Notes under the pieces: generated by a model
Databases searched by the model: none
What the model was told of the DNA's origin: nothing
What the model saw: only the letters and a program-made list of their open reading frames with translations
Made by a program: the position numbers and the translations under genes
Shown: in pieces, positions 14,024 through 24,000 of the stretch
How positions within the stretch are numbered: position 1 is the first letter of the stretch
Layout: each line of letters starts with the position of its first letter
Assembly (NCBI GenBank): GCA_038327915.1
Contig: JBBQLO010000005.1
Span: 1 to 24,000 of the forward strand
Origin: Parcubacteria group bacterium
GTDB taxonomy: Bacteria > Patescibacteriota > Minisyncoccia > Phycocordibacterales > DATDWN01
Direction: 5' to 3'
Length of the DNA: 24,000 nt

Positions 14024-16306
14024 GTGAAAAAATTAAGAAAGATTCTAATAGTTAGCCATTATTACCCACCTCATGTAGGTGGTATTGAAATTGTGGCCTA
14101 CAACCAAGCAAAAAGGTTGGCTGGGGAAGGACACGATGTGACCGTTGTGACGAGTAGTATAGGCTCAAAAGAAAAAGATACGGTAGTAGAAAATGTACGA
14201 GTGGTGCGTGTTGGCGCGTGTAATTATTTTGAAAGATTTGGCATCCCTTTTCCTATTTTGTCACCAAGAATCTGGTTTGTGCTTTGGAAGTTTTCGAAAG
14301 AAGCTGATATTGTGCATATTCATGATGTATTTTATATTACTTCCTTTGTTGCGGCAGTTTCAGCACGATTACGAGGAAAAACTATTGTTCTCACACAGCA
14401 CGTGGCTATGATTGCACACCCGAATCCGCTCGTTGTTGCACTTGAGCGCCTCGTGTACGCGACCACCGGGCGTATTATTTTTTGGTTTTCAAACACAGTT
14501 ATATATTACAATGAACGGGTCAAAGAATTTATTATCAGTAACGGAGTTTCACCACATAAATTTTTAGTCTTAAAAAACGGAGTAGATAGAAATTTATTTC
14601 ACCCCGTCTCTCTGGCGGAAAAAAAAGTTTTGCGTGCAAAACATGGATTAAATCAACAAAAAAATGTGTTGTTGTTTGTTGGCAGATTTGTACCTAAAAA
14701 GGGTTTTGATAAAATTCTTTCTATTCAGAATCCTGAGTATACAATAGTGTGCGCGGGGGGTAAAAAGCCGGAAGGTGTTTTTCCGCATGCTGTATTTATG
14801 GGAGAAACAGACCAGAAAACTTTGGCAGAATTATATCAACTCGCTGATGTTTTTATACTACCTTCAGAGTGCGAGGGTTTCCCACTTGCAATCCAGGAGG
14901 CAATGTCTTCGGGCCTACCCATTATTACTACGCGGGATAATGGATACAGAGAGTATTATTTTGATGAAAATAGGATTTGTTTTATCGACGCGAGAGACGA
15001 GTACACATTACGCACAGAAGTTGAAAAAATATTCAATAATAGAGATTTACTACGTTCTATGTCGCAATACTCAGAAGAGTACGCAGAAAAATATTTTAGT
15101 TGGTCTTTTGCTGTTTCGCAACTTGAAATAATATATGATTCCGCTTTACAAATACGATTGGCCCTAGTAACTGACGCCGCATATCCTTTTAATAAGGGTG
15201 GTAAAGAAAAACGCATCTTTGATCTCTCTACCTTGCTCCAAAAGAACGGATTTAAGGTAACAATTTATTGTATGAAGTGGTGGAAAGGAGGTAACACAAT
15301 AGTGAAAGACAATGTGTTATTTACAGCTATCAGCCCTTATTATCCTCTATATGCAGGAAACAGACGATCACTTTCTGAGGCAATCTTTTTTTCTTTACAC
15401 TGTCTCAAACTTATTTTTAAAGATTTTGATGTCATAGATGTTGACCATATTCCACATCTTACTATTTTTACTGCGAAGATCGTATGTTTTCTTAAAAGAA
15501 AACCAATGGTAGCAACGTGGCACGAAGTGTGGGGAGAAAAATACTGGCGAACGTATCTCGCCCCAGTCACGGGCTTTATTGCCTACACATTGGAAAAAAT
15601 GAGCATGCGACTTCCTGATGTAATTATTTCTGTATCGCCTCATACCACAGAGAGATTAAAAGCAGTGCTCGAAAAATATAAAAATGAGATTATTACTATC
15701 CCAAATGGAATTGATGTGGACTGTATACAGAATAGTCCAAAACTTAATTTCACTTCAGATATTATATTCGCAGGACGTCTATTGTCTCACAAAAATGTGG
15801 ACGTATTGCTACGAGCCGTTTCTCTTATACAAAAAATAATGCCAGACGTTCGCGCGTGTATTGTCGGGAATGGTCCAGAGAAAGAAAATCTTCAAGCTTT
15901 GGTGAAGGAATTGGGTATTGAAAAAAATGTTTCATTTTTAGGATTTTTTGATGATCAGCGAGAATTGTATGGAACAATGAAAGCTTCAAAAGTTTTTGTA
16001 TTACCTTCTACGCGTGAGGGATTTGGCATTACGGTTATAGAGGCATATGCGTGTGGACTTCCGGTTATCACCATCGATCATCCACATAATGCGGCAAAGG
16101 ATCTTATTTATGAAAGTTCGGATGGATTGTCTACTGGTATAGTCGTACCACTCCAACCAAGCGCTCTTGCGGATGCCATGATGCGGTGTATAAAAGACTT
16201 TGGAGACAGAAAAGACAAAGAAATATATACATCAAAAGCATTGCAATATAATTGGAATAATGTCGTACAAGATGTTATTCACGTATACAAAAAAACATAT
16301 GAATAA
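14024..16306 (+). CDS. Fused double GT4-family glycosyltransferase, 760 aa
   Basis: Two complete GT-B modules. Each has a PPxxGG N-terminal region and an E-x7-E region (EGFPLAIQEAMSSGLPII and EGFGITVIEAYACGLPVI). Confidence 0.8.
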   Translation: MKKLRKILIVSHYYPPHVGGIEIVAYNQAKRLAGEGHDVTVVTSSIGSKEKDTVVENVRVVRVGACNYFERFGIPFPILSPRIWFVLWKFSKEADIVHIHDVFYITSFVAAVSARLRGKTIVLTQHVAMIAHPNPLVVALERLVYATTGRIIFWFSNTVIYYNERVKEFIISNGVSPHKFLVLKNGVDRNLFHPVSLAEKKVLRAKHGLNQQKNVLLFVGRFVPKKGFDKILSIQNPEYTIVCAGGKKPEGVFPHAVFMGETDQKTLAELYQLADVFILPSECEGFPLAIQEAMSSGLPIITTRDNGYREYYFDENRICFIDARDEYTLRTEVEKIFNNRDLLRSMSQYSEEYAEKYFSWSFAVSQLEIIYDSALQIRLALVTDAAYPFNKGGKEKRIFDLSTLLQKNGFKVTIYCMKWWKGGNTIVKDNVLFTAISPYYPLYAGNRRSLSEAIFFSLHCLKLIFKDFDVIDVDHIPHLTIFTAKIVCFLKRKPMVATWHEVWGEKYWRTYLAPVTGFIAYTLEKMSMRLPDVIISVSPHTTERLKAVLEKYKNEIITIPNGIDVDCIQNSPKLNFTSDIIFAGRLLSHKNVDVLLRAVSLIQKIMPDVRACIVGNGPEKENLQALVKELGIEKNVSFLGFFDDQRELYGTMKASKVFVLPSTREGFGITVIEAYACGLPVITIDHPHNAAKDLIYESSDGLSTGIVVPLQPSALADAMMRCIKDFGDRKDKEIYTSKALQYNWNNVVQDVIHVYKKTYE

Positions 16307-17468
16307 AAAAATACCACATATTATTGTTGTTGCATCGTACTTTTATCCGAAAATCGGAGGTCTTGAAAACTACGCATTTTTTCTGGCGAAAAAGCTTCAT
16401 GAAAGCGGAAGGTATACAGTCAGCATTGTGACGAGTAACTACGCGGGTACAGGATATCTCAAAGAATATATTGACGGTATGACGATACATCGCTTAGCTA
16501 TTTCATTTAAGGTTTCCAACACACCCATCAATCTTTCGTGGTATGGGGAAGTGAAAAAGATATTTGCAGATGAAAACCCTGATCTCGTTCACGTGCATTC
16601 ACCTGTGCCGTATTTACCAGATATTGCAGCTCACGTTGCTAAGAGTGGTAGAAAAAAAATTCCTGTCGTGCTGACGTATCACTCGGGTAGCATGCTCAAA
16701 GGATCATTTTTAATAGATATTATTATTGTTGTATACGAAAAGATATTTTTGCGTAAAATATTTTCTAGTTCTGACGCAGTTGTGGCAATTTCTCAAGAAT
16801 TTGCAAAAAGAACCTTTCCCCAATTTCAGGACAAAACTTGTTTCATCCCCACTGGAGTAGATTTGCAGAGATTTTCTCCAACACCACTACCGAGTCAGGA
16901 TAGAGTTACGTATGTTGGACGAATAGAGCATAGCTCGAGTTGGAAAGGTGTCGAACAGCTTTTGCAGGCCATGGTTATTGTGGTAAAAAAACGGAGGAAA
17001 GCGGTGCTCGAACTTGTGGGTGGGGGGGATGCACTAGATTATTATAAAACCCGAGCTGAAGAATTGGGAATTAAAAATTCTGTTATTTTTTCAGGCCCAC
17101 AAATGGGACAGAATATAGTAGAAGCGTATCGAAGATCTACGGTCGTCGCACTACCTTCCACTTCAGATTCAGAAGCTTTTAGCATTACTCTTGTGGAAGC
17201 TATGGCTTCTGGCAGACCTATTATTGGTACAAATATAGGTGGTACTCCACAAGTTATTGAGCACAGTAAAAATGGTTTTCTGGTTCCGCCAAAAGATCCC
17301 GCAGCATTGGCGCAAGCGATACTGATGATTTTGGAAGATAAAAGTCTTGCACAGAAAATAGGGGAGTATGGAAGAGTGAAAGCACAAGGTTTTTCATGGG
17401 ATCTTCAAGGAAAAAAATATTCAAACCTTTTTGATTTAATTCTAGAAAAAAATACGCATGATGTGTAG
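16299..17468 (+). CDS. GT4-family glycosyltransferase
   Basis: Motifs YPKIGGLENY and SEAFSITLVEAMASGRPIIGTNIGG. The ATG at 16299 overlaps the upstream stop by 8 nt. Confidence 0.85.
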   Translation: MNKKIPHIIVVASYFYPKIGGLENYAFFLAKKLHESGRYTVSIVTSNYAGTGYLKEYIDGMTIHRLAISFKVSNTPINLSWYGEVKKIFADENPDLVHVHSPVPYLPDIAAHVAKSGRKKIPVVLTYHSGSMLKGSFLIDIIIVVYEKIFLRKIFSSSDAVVAISQEFAKRTFPQFQDKTCFIPTGVDLQRFSPTPLPSQDRVTYVGRIEHSSSWKGVEQLLQAMVIVVKKRRKAVLELVGGGDALDYYKTRAEELGIKNSVIFSGPQMGQNIVEAYRRSTVVALPSTSDSEAFSITLVEAMASGRPIIGTNIGGTPQVIEHSKNGFLVPPKDPAALAQAILMILEDKSLAQKIGEYGRVKAQGFSWDLQGKKYSNLFDLILEKNTHDV

Positions 17469-17488
17469 AAAATAATTAGTAGGGTTAT

Positions 17489-18628
17489 ATGAAAATTACT
17501 TTTTTAGTATCAGGGAATGTGCGAAGTAACTTTAGCTTTCGGGCAGTGGCTTTGGCGCGTGCACTTTCTAAGCTTGGACATGATGTTTCTCTCATAGCAC
17601 CCAAAGCAGACAAGTATAATGATTTTATTCCTGAAAATATAACACACATTGATGAAGTTAGAATTCTCCAACCGTTTCAGTTTCATACACGACGTGTGGA
17701 AATAAATTTGTTGCCGTATGTGTTCGGTGTACTTTGGTTACTGGTGTGTGAAAAACCAGATTTGGTCTATGTGTATAAGCCAACCCCCATATCGGTTGTG
17801 GGTTTTGTGGCCAAATTGCTCTATAAAACTCCCACACTTGTTGATTTTGATGATCTGGGGAGTGAGGTGATGAAAATAGAAGGTCATCCGTGGCACCAGC
17901 ATACTCTCGTGGGGTGGTCAGAGTACATGGCAGCCAAATATGCGGATAAGCTCGTGGTGACATCAACATTTCTTCAAAATATGTATCGCGAACAATTTCC
18001 ACATAAATCAATTTATGTTCTGCCTAATGGAGTTGAGGCAGACTGGTTTGACCAAACTTTGTCGACGGAAAATCCTAAAAGGATTGTTTTTATGGGTTCC
18101 GTAAATCGAAAAAATATTTTAGAACCACTTTTTCTTACTCTACCTGACATACTGAAAATTCATTCAGATGTCGAGATTGTTATTGTTGGTGACGGGCAGT
18201 ATTTACATTATTTCAAAGACCTTGCCGTTCAATTAGGTGTTTCAAAGCAGATTACATTTACTGGGTGGCTTACTTTGGAAAAAGCAAAATCCCATCTACG
18301 TTTTGGTGATATTGGATATAATTTTATGCCAGACAGTATTACAAACAAAGCAGCCAGTAATATGAAAGTTCCTCAATATATGGCCAGAGGAGTAGTGCCC
18401 TTGGTTACCGATATTGGTGATCTTCCAAAGACAGTTGATTATGGAAATGCAGGATATATTGTCTCTACAACTCTCGAAAATTCACTCTTACAAACTCTTC
18501 TCCATGCCCTTGATGACAAAGAGAGAATGAAAAAAGCTGAATACGCTCGAAATTTTTCTCTAAAAAATTTACAGTGGGACGTCTTAGTAAAGAGTTTTAA
18601 CGGTTGGTTAAATAAAAAAATATTTTAA
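17489..18628 (+). CDS. GT4-like (GT-B) glycosyltransferase
   Basis: Size and C-terminal Rossmann pattern (IVFMGSVNRKN...VPQYMARGVVPLVTDIGD). Confidence 0.7.
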   Translation: MKITFLVSGNVRSNFSFRAVALARALSKLGHDVSLIAPKADKYNDFIPENITHIDEVRILQPFQFHTRRVEINLLPYVFGVLWLLVCEKPDLVYVYKPTPISVVGFVAKLLYKTPTLVDFDDLGSEVMKIEGHPWHQHTLVGWSEYMAAKYADKLVVTSTFLQNMYREQFPHKSIYVLPNGVEADWFDQTLSTENPKRIVFMGSVNRKNILEPLFLTLPDILKIHSDVEIVIVGDGQYLHYFKDLAVQLGVSKQITFTGWLTLEKAKSHLRFGDIGYNFMPDSITNKAASNMKVPQYMARGVVPLVTDIGDLPKTVDYGNAGYIVSTTLENSLLQTLLHALDDKERMKKAEYARNFSLKNLQWDVLVKSFNGWLNKKIF

Positions 18629-18635
18629 AAAAATA

Positions 18636-19853
18636 ATGAAAAATAATAGCGTCAAGCGCGAACAAATAATATATGTTATTGCAACAGTTGTTCCTTGTAA
18701 TTTTGGTGGAGGGGAAATACGTATATTAAATTTAATAAAACAAATAATAAAGCAGACGAAAGCTACTGTCGAGTTGTTTTGTATTGCTACTGGTTACCCA
18801 GATGTTTCGAGTATTGATCTAGAATCTACATTAAAAATAAAAACTCATGTTGTGCTAGAATCACCCCGAACAATTATGCGTATAATAAAAGCCATTTTAA
18901 TAAAAAGGATACCACCGGATATGCTTGATTTTAAATCAGGTGAATTAAGAGTAGTGTTTAGAAAAAAATGTGAAAAAGTGATGCCAGACATAGTGCACAT
19001 TGAACAACTGCACACGTATTACGCAATTCGTGAGGATATTGACTGGCTGCGAAGTAATGGGGTAAAAATTGTTCTTGATTGTCATAACGTCGAGTATGAA
19101 TTGTTTAAGGATTTACTCCATACATTTTCAATATCAAAAAAAATAGTCGGTACATTTCTTGTTCCACATCTCAAAAAATTAGAAATAGAAGCGACTAAAA
19201 AAGTTGATACTATTCTCGCATGTTCTAAAAAGGATGCACAGTTTTTTTCAAAATATAATCCCAATATTTTTATCGTCCCCAATGGTGTTGATTGTGAGGA
19301 ATTCAAACCAGTTGCTCGTCAGCCTTCTTCCAATGTACTTTTTATGGGGGGTGTAGGATATCCACCAAATGCTGATGCGGTAGAATTTTATCTGAGAGAG
19401 ATACATCCCAAAGTAAAAAAGCAAATACCAGATGTTCAATTTTTGGCTATAGGCACAGATACCAAATGGTTGGCAGAGAAAAACATTGATGACATTTCGG
19501 TAGATGCACTTGGTTTTATAAAAAACATTCTACCTTATTTGGAAAAATCAGCCATAGGTATTTGTCCTCTCCGATACGGGTCAGGAACTCGTCTCAAAAT
19601 ACTTACGTATATGGCAAGTGGTTTACCTGTTGTATCGACACACAAAGGTGCAGAAGGAGTGGCGTACACACATGGAAAAAATATAATTCTGACCGACAAC
19701 CCCATTGAATTTGCAAATAGCATCGTTCGACTTTTGAAGGATAAGAAATATACAGAGGAAATGTCTAGACATGCTAGAGATTTTGTGTTAGAGTACTACG
19801 ATTGCAATGTCATCGGAAAAGATTTCAAAAATATATACCACAATGAAATTTAA
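18636..19853 (+). CDS. GT4-like (GT-B) glycosyltransferase
   Basis: Motifs VLFMGGVGYPPNADA and GSGTRLKILTYMASGLPVVSTHKGAEG. Confidence 0.75.
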   Translation: MKNNSVKREQIIYVIATVVPCNFGGGEIRILNLIKQIIKQTKATVELFCIATGYPDVSSIDLESTLKIKTHVVLESPRTIMRIIKAILIKRIPPDMLDFKSGELRVVFRKKCEKVMPDIVHIEQLHTYYAIREDIDWLRSNGVKIVLDCHNVEYELFKDLLHTFSISKKIVGTFLVPHLKKLEIEATKKVDTILACSKKDAQFFSKYNPNIFIVPNGVDCEEFKPVARQPSSNVLFMGGVGYPPNADAVEFYLREIHPKVKKQIPDVQFLAIGTDTKWLAEKNIDDISVDALGFIKNILPYLEKSAIGICPLRYGSGTRLKILTYMASGLPVVSTHKGAEGVAYTHGKNIILTDNPIEFANSIVRLLKDKKYTEEMSRHARDFVLEYYDCNVIGKDFKNIYHNEI

Positions 19854-22200
19854 ATCAGCTTTTTTATATCTTGTAAAACCTTTGCCTACGTATTTCTTAC
19901 TTGGGCTTATTTTAGTAAATATAGTAGCCCTTTTTCATTTTGACACCCACTACATTGGGGCATTTTTTGCTTTTTTTTATATTATTATTACTCCAGGGTT
20001 TTTGTTATTGTCCCTTCTCACTCAAAAGAAGTTTCCATCACCTTTGGGGCTGACATTGAGCGTAGCTTTAAGTGTCTTGCTCCTCATGCTCGTTGGTCTT
20101 GTGCTTAATACTATTTTACCTCTTTTGGGTATGCACGAGCCACTTTCCACGGTTCCACTCATTGTTGCGTTTGATTGTGTCGTCTATGCATTACTTGTTT
20201 TAAATTATGAAACAAAAAAAGATTCTGCATTTGAATTACATGATTTTACTTCTTTTAATTGGTTTGTCGTAGGGTGTGCCGTAGCAATGCCTATTTTGGC
20301 AACACTTGGCAGTGTAATATTAAATAATGGGGGAGGTAGCTTGCTTACAATGCTTGCACTGAGCATCGCCTTTATACTCGTGCCCCTACTTGTTTTTACT
20401 ACTCACAATACAGATTCATCTGTTCCGCCTATTACTTTGTATTTTATAGCACTTTCTTTTTTGCTCATGAATTCAATGCGTGGTTGGTTTATCACAGGGC
20501 ACGATATTTTACTTGAGTTTCATGTTTTTACTTTGACCAATACGGCGCATCTTTGGAGTATGGCATTTTATCGTGATCCATATAATGCATGTTTAAGTTT
20601 GACTATTTTACCCACTTATCTTCAAAGTCTCATGCATGTGGGAGATGCATATATATTTAAATTCTTCGCACAGTTTATAGGCGCTCTGTCTGTCATAATG
20701 GTGTATTACATTACTAAAATGTATTCGTCAGATAAAATTGCTTTTTTGGCAAGTTTTTTGTATATATCATTCCCGACTTTTATGGTTGACATGGCTTTTT
20801 TAAACAGACAGGGAATTGCTTTTGTATTTTTTGGAGCTCTTTTGTACGTGCTTTTTAGTACCAGATATTTTCAAGGACGTACTCGTACCGCACTCCTTTT
20901 TACATTTGGGATAGGTATGATTTTGTCTCATTATTCCACCTCGTACATAGCGATACCATTACTTATTATTGCCTACATATTAAATAGAATTGTTCGATTT
21001 GTAGTGAATGCATCTTATCCACAATGGCTTTTCCGAATGACTAATAAACTCGGTAATAAAGAAATCTACCAGCGTCCTATTCTTATTTCTCTGCCTTTTG
21101 TTGTCGGGCTACTTCTTATCATGATGTTCTGGTCTTCGGTTGTTACTAAAACTTCAACAGGACTTTTTAATACTATACAGCAAATAATAACTACTCTTGA
21201 GCATCCGTTTAGTCTGGATGGATACTCTGGTCCTGCAAAATATAATTTATTTCAATCTAAAAAGGCAACACCGGAAGAATTATTCAGTCAATTTTTGAAA
21301 GAGGGAATTGAGAAAAATAGAATTTCAAAGAGTCAGTCAGATTTTTATCCTTTGGCACTTACTTTGAGTTATCCCGCGACACCTATAGCCGAGCAACCAG
21401 CACCAATAACTTTATTTGGTGAAAAAATTATATCGATGCTTCATATTGACCTCGTAAGTTTTTTCAGTATTATAAAACAACTTTATGCAAAAATAATTCA
21501 ACTTTTTCTTCTTATCGGGTTGGGCGGACTCATTCTTGGGTATAGTTTCAAAAAGAATCTTTCCAAAGACATACCTGTCGAATATCTTGCAATCTCTGTG
21601 TCTGGAATCATTGTCATGGTTGGACAAACACTTCTGCCAGCAGGGGCGATTGATTACGGACTTTTAAGATTATTTCAACAAAATCTAATATTTTTATCAC
21701 TACCGATAGTGCTTGCCCTTATGGGTTTGGGGGGGCTTTTTACCCGCAAATATGTAGGGCAATTGTTTGTATGTACGGCAATACTCTTGTTTTTCTTTAT
21801 AAACTTATCTGGACTTTTTCCACAACTTACCGGCGGTAGTCGAGCTCTTCTGGCTCTTAATAATAGTGGATTATATTATGATTCTTATTACACACATGCA
21901 GAAGAGGTTGCTGCTACAAAATGGACCGCACGATATGCATACAAAAATCTGCCGGTCCAAGCAGCTCATTTTTCTGATATTAAAATGATTGCATATGGCT
22001 ATGTTGCACCGTACATTGAACTTCTTCCTGAAACTATAAAACGCAGATCGTATGAGTATTTGAATTATAATAATGTAGAGAGTGGAAATATTCTTGAGAT
22101 TATCAACGGAGATGTCGTGTATTATCATTTTCCAATAGAATTTCTCGATTCTCATAAGAACCTTATTTATAACAATGGAGGATCAGAAATTTATCGATAA
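19843..22200 (+). CDS. Large polytopic membrane protein, 785 aa; possible GT-C-type glycan transferase or polymerase
   Basis: More than 12 predicted helices plus a C-terminal soluble domain. Located in the glycan operon. The ATG at 19843 overlaps the upstream gene by 11 nt. Confidence 0.6.
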   Translation: MKFKSAFLYLVKPLPTYFLLGLILVNIVALFHFDTHYIGAFFAFFYIIITPGFLLLSLLTQKKFPSPLGLTLSVALSVLLLMLVGLVLNTILPLLGMHEPLSTVPLIVAFDCVVYALLVLNYETKKDSAFELHDFTSFNWFVVGCAVAMPILATLGSVILNNGGGSLLTMLALSIAFILVPLLVFTTHNTDSSVPPITLYFIALSFLLMNSMRGWFITGHDILLEFHVFTLTNTAHLWSMAFYRDPYNACLSLTILPTYLQSLMHVGDAYIFKFFAQFIGALSVIMVYYITKMYSSDKIAFLASFLYISFPTFMVDMAFLNRQGIAFVFFGALLYVLFSTRYFQGRTRTALLFTFGIGMILSHYSTSYIAIPLLIIAYILNRIVRFVVNASYPQWLFRMTNKLGNKEIYQRPILISLPFVVGLLLIMMFWSSVVTKTSTGLFNTIQQIITTLEHPFSLDGYSGPAKYNLFQSKKATPEELFSQFLKEGIEKNRISKSQSDFYPLALTLSYPATPIAEQPAPITLFGEKIISMLHIDLVSFFSIIKQLYAKIIQLFLLIGLGGLILGYSFKKNLSKDIPVEYLAISVSGIIVMVGQTLLPAGAIDYGLLRLFQQNLIFLSLPIVLALMGLGGLFTRKYVGQLFVCTAILLFFFINLSGLFPQLTGGSRALLALNNSGLYYDSYYTHAEEVAATKWTARYAYKNLPVQAAHFSDIKMIAYGYVAPYIELLPETIKRRSYEYLNYNNVESGNILEIINGDVVYYHFPIEFLDSHKNLIYNNGGSEIYR

Positions 22201-22206
22201 AATATA

Positions 22207-22938
22207 ATGTATGAATATTTTAAAAAAATACTGGGAAATAAACTCGTTCGTCCTGAAAGAGTCGGATTGCTTTTTGAGGAAATACATTTAAAAAAGTTTT
22301 TTGCCTACTATAAAGTTGATTGTGTGTTTGATGTGGGTGCCAATACTGGACAGTATGCAACAATGTTGCGGAAACAAGTGGGTTATACTGGCAATATTAT
22401 TTCTTTTGAACCAATGCCAAGGGCAGCAGAAGTTTTGCGAAAGAAAGCGGAGGGTGACCCTCAGTGGTACGTTGAAGAAATGGCCTTGGATGAGGTTTCG
22501 GGCACAGCTGTATTCAATGTAATGAAAAGTGATCAATTTAGTTCACTTCATTTGCCGTCCGAAAAGGAAGTTGCCATTTTTAAAAATAACAACGTGGTTG
22601 TCAATCAGATTTCTGTACAAACGAGGACTCTCGGAGAAATGTTTGAAAAATACAAAAAAATTTTTTCTTTTACACATTCGTTTCTAAAGATGGATACACA
22701 GGGTAACGATATTATGATTGCAAAAGGATCAGAAGACTATTTGAAGAATTTTGTAGGCTTACAGAGTGAGCTTTCTATCAAAAAAATTTATAAGAATACT
22801 TCTAACTATTCTGAAACTATCGAGTATTATATTTCTCAAAACTTTGAATTAAGTGCCTTGGTGCCAAATAATGAAGGTCATTTTCCTCATCTTGTAGAGA
22901 TCGATTGTATTATGCATAATACCCTTTTTAGGGTATAG
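22207..22938 (+). CDS. FkbM-family methyltransferase
   Basis: FDVGANTGQYATML SAM-binding motif, and size typical of the family. Confidence 0.75.
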   Translation: MYEYFKKILGNKLVRPERVGLLFEEIHLKKFFAYYKVDCVFDVGANTGQYATMLRKQVGYTGNIISFEPMPRAAEVLRKKAEGDPQWYVEEMALDEVSGTAVFNVMKSDQFSSLHLPSEKEVAIFKNNNVVVNQISVQTRTLGEMFEKYKKIFSFTHSFLKMDTQGNDIMIAKGSEDYLKNFVGLQSELSIKKIYKNTSNYSETIEYYISQNFELSALVPNNEGHFPHLVEIDCIMHNTLFRV

Positions 22939-22993
22939 TGGTACATTACTCAATTAGTACTCATTACAATACTCTCAGGTGAATACATTTATA

Positions 22994-24000
22994 ATGAAAT
23001 TTGAAAAAAGATTTGTACCTCATAGTGGAATCATTAAAATTCCCATTCTTATTGCGGGTATTTTTGTTGTGGGATTTTTTGGCTTGATTGCATATAAACA
23101 ACTGTCACATTCAGTTTATGATGCAAACAATTTAAATGGTGTAACTCCGCTTTGGGCAGACGGCACGACAGATGATTCGTACAATGCTCGTTTTGCTTCT
23201 ACCTCTTCGACTGTGTACCCTCCAAGTAAAATAGGACATGCTATCGGTATTGCTGCAGGAGGGGGGCTGTCAAAAATTCCTCTTCTTGAGCTCAATAAAC
23301 AACTTGATGAAATGGTTCGACTTGGTGTCACATGGGTTAGGTTTGACATAGAGTGGGGAGATGTACAGTACAGTTCACCAAAAAATTTTAATTGGACAAA
23401 TTATGATAATTTTGCAAAAGCAGTTCAAGCTCACCATCTCAAAGCACTCGGTATTATTTTGTTTACTCCAGAATGGGCAAGGGATCCTGCTTGCACCGGA
23501 GGAGCAAAGTGCCCACCGCGCGATCCTGCACAGTTTGCCACTTTTGCTGCACAAGTAGCCTTTCGATATAAAAAGTACGGCTTTAACTACTGGGAAATAT
23601 GGAATGAACCGAATAACTATGACTTTTGGGCCACAAAAACTAATTGTATAGCGTACACAAATTTGCTCAAAGCAACATATCCTGCTATCAAAAAAGTTTC
23701 ACCACACGCAGAGATTATTTCAGGTGGTCTTGCACCAGAGACAACAGATAACAACAACATCTCTCAGAGAGATTTTTTAACCTGTATGTATAAAAATGGG
23801 GGTAAAAACTATTTCGATGCAATGGGTGATCATTCGTATACTTTTCCTGCACTACCAAGTGACAGCTCTGTAAATGTCTGGGGTCAAATGTCTCTTACCG
23901 ACCCAAGTCTCCGAAGTATTATGGTTTCCAATGGTGATGCAAATAAAAAGATTTGGATAACAGAATTTGGGGCTCCTACAAATGGTCCGGACTCCTACTG
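22994..24000 (+). CDS. Membrane-anchored GH5-like (clan GH-A) glycoside hydrolase, 3'-truncated by the window end
   Basis: Translated by hand; it is not in the ORF track because it runs off the window. It has an N-terminal TM helix, a WEIWNEPN acid/base motif and an ITEFG nucleophile motif. Confidence 0.75.
   Translation, partial: MKFEKRFVPHSGIIKIPILIAGIFVVGFFGLIAYKQLSHSVYDANNLNGVTPLWADGTTDDSYNARFASTSSTVYPPSKIGHAIGIAAGGGLSKIPLLELNKQLDEMVRLGVTWVRFDIEWGDVQYSSPKNFNWTNYDNFAKAVQAHHLKALGIILFTPEWARDPACTGGAKCPPRDPAQFATFAAQVAFRYKKYGFNYWEIWNEPNNYDFWATKTNCIAYTNLLKATYPAIKKVSPHAEIISGGLAPETTDNNNISQRDFLTCMYKNGGKNYFDAMGDHSYTFPALPSDSSVNVWGQMSLTDPSLRSIMVSNGDANKKIWITEFGAPTNGPDSY

Noticed and set aside
16200-16298. 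N-terminal extensions in the ORF track: 16200 for the GT4 gene, and likewise 19807, 11952, 11937, 6233, 3245, 10160 and 8396
   Set aside because: The extensions overlap upstream genes or non-coding repeats and lack family-typical N-termini. Internal starts give canonical N-termini (MNKKIPHIIVV, MKFKSAF, MIGHLTG and so on) or sit directly behind an SD.

Overview
This is an AT-rich, compact bacterial window with short intergenic gaps and no Shine-Dalgarno (SD) sequences. It has a type IV pilin-like gene and a large surface-glycan cluster, so I infer a CPR/Patescibacteria-like genome. Housekeeping genes at 0.6-7.3 kb: SPOUT methyltransferase, mutM, ruvA, rpsT, a MIP channel and tRNA-Arg(GCG). 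A plus-strand glycosylation operon at 12-24 kb: two GT2, a fused double GT4, three more GT4, a 785-aa polytopic membrane protein, an FkbM methyltransferase and a GH5-like hydrolase. The unusual part is a visibly GC-richer block of about 3.2 kb (about 7726-10970) next to the tRNA and read on the minus strand. It holds orphan ORFs with strong GGAGG-type SDs. Three of them sit behind paralogous structured leaders of about 120-170 nt, with wobble-compatible substitutions and an anti-SD/SD pairing. There is also a repeated 3' module. At the distal end is a complete canonical type III hammerhead ribozyme (7771-7821, minus strand). I recognise no integrase, reverse transcriptase or transposase in the window. 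A second GC-rich ORF-free segment at 1-570 is packed with perfect helices and is cut by the window edge. All calls come from reading the sequence and ORF track by eye. No searches or folding programs were run. GC statements are visual estimates.
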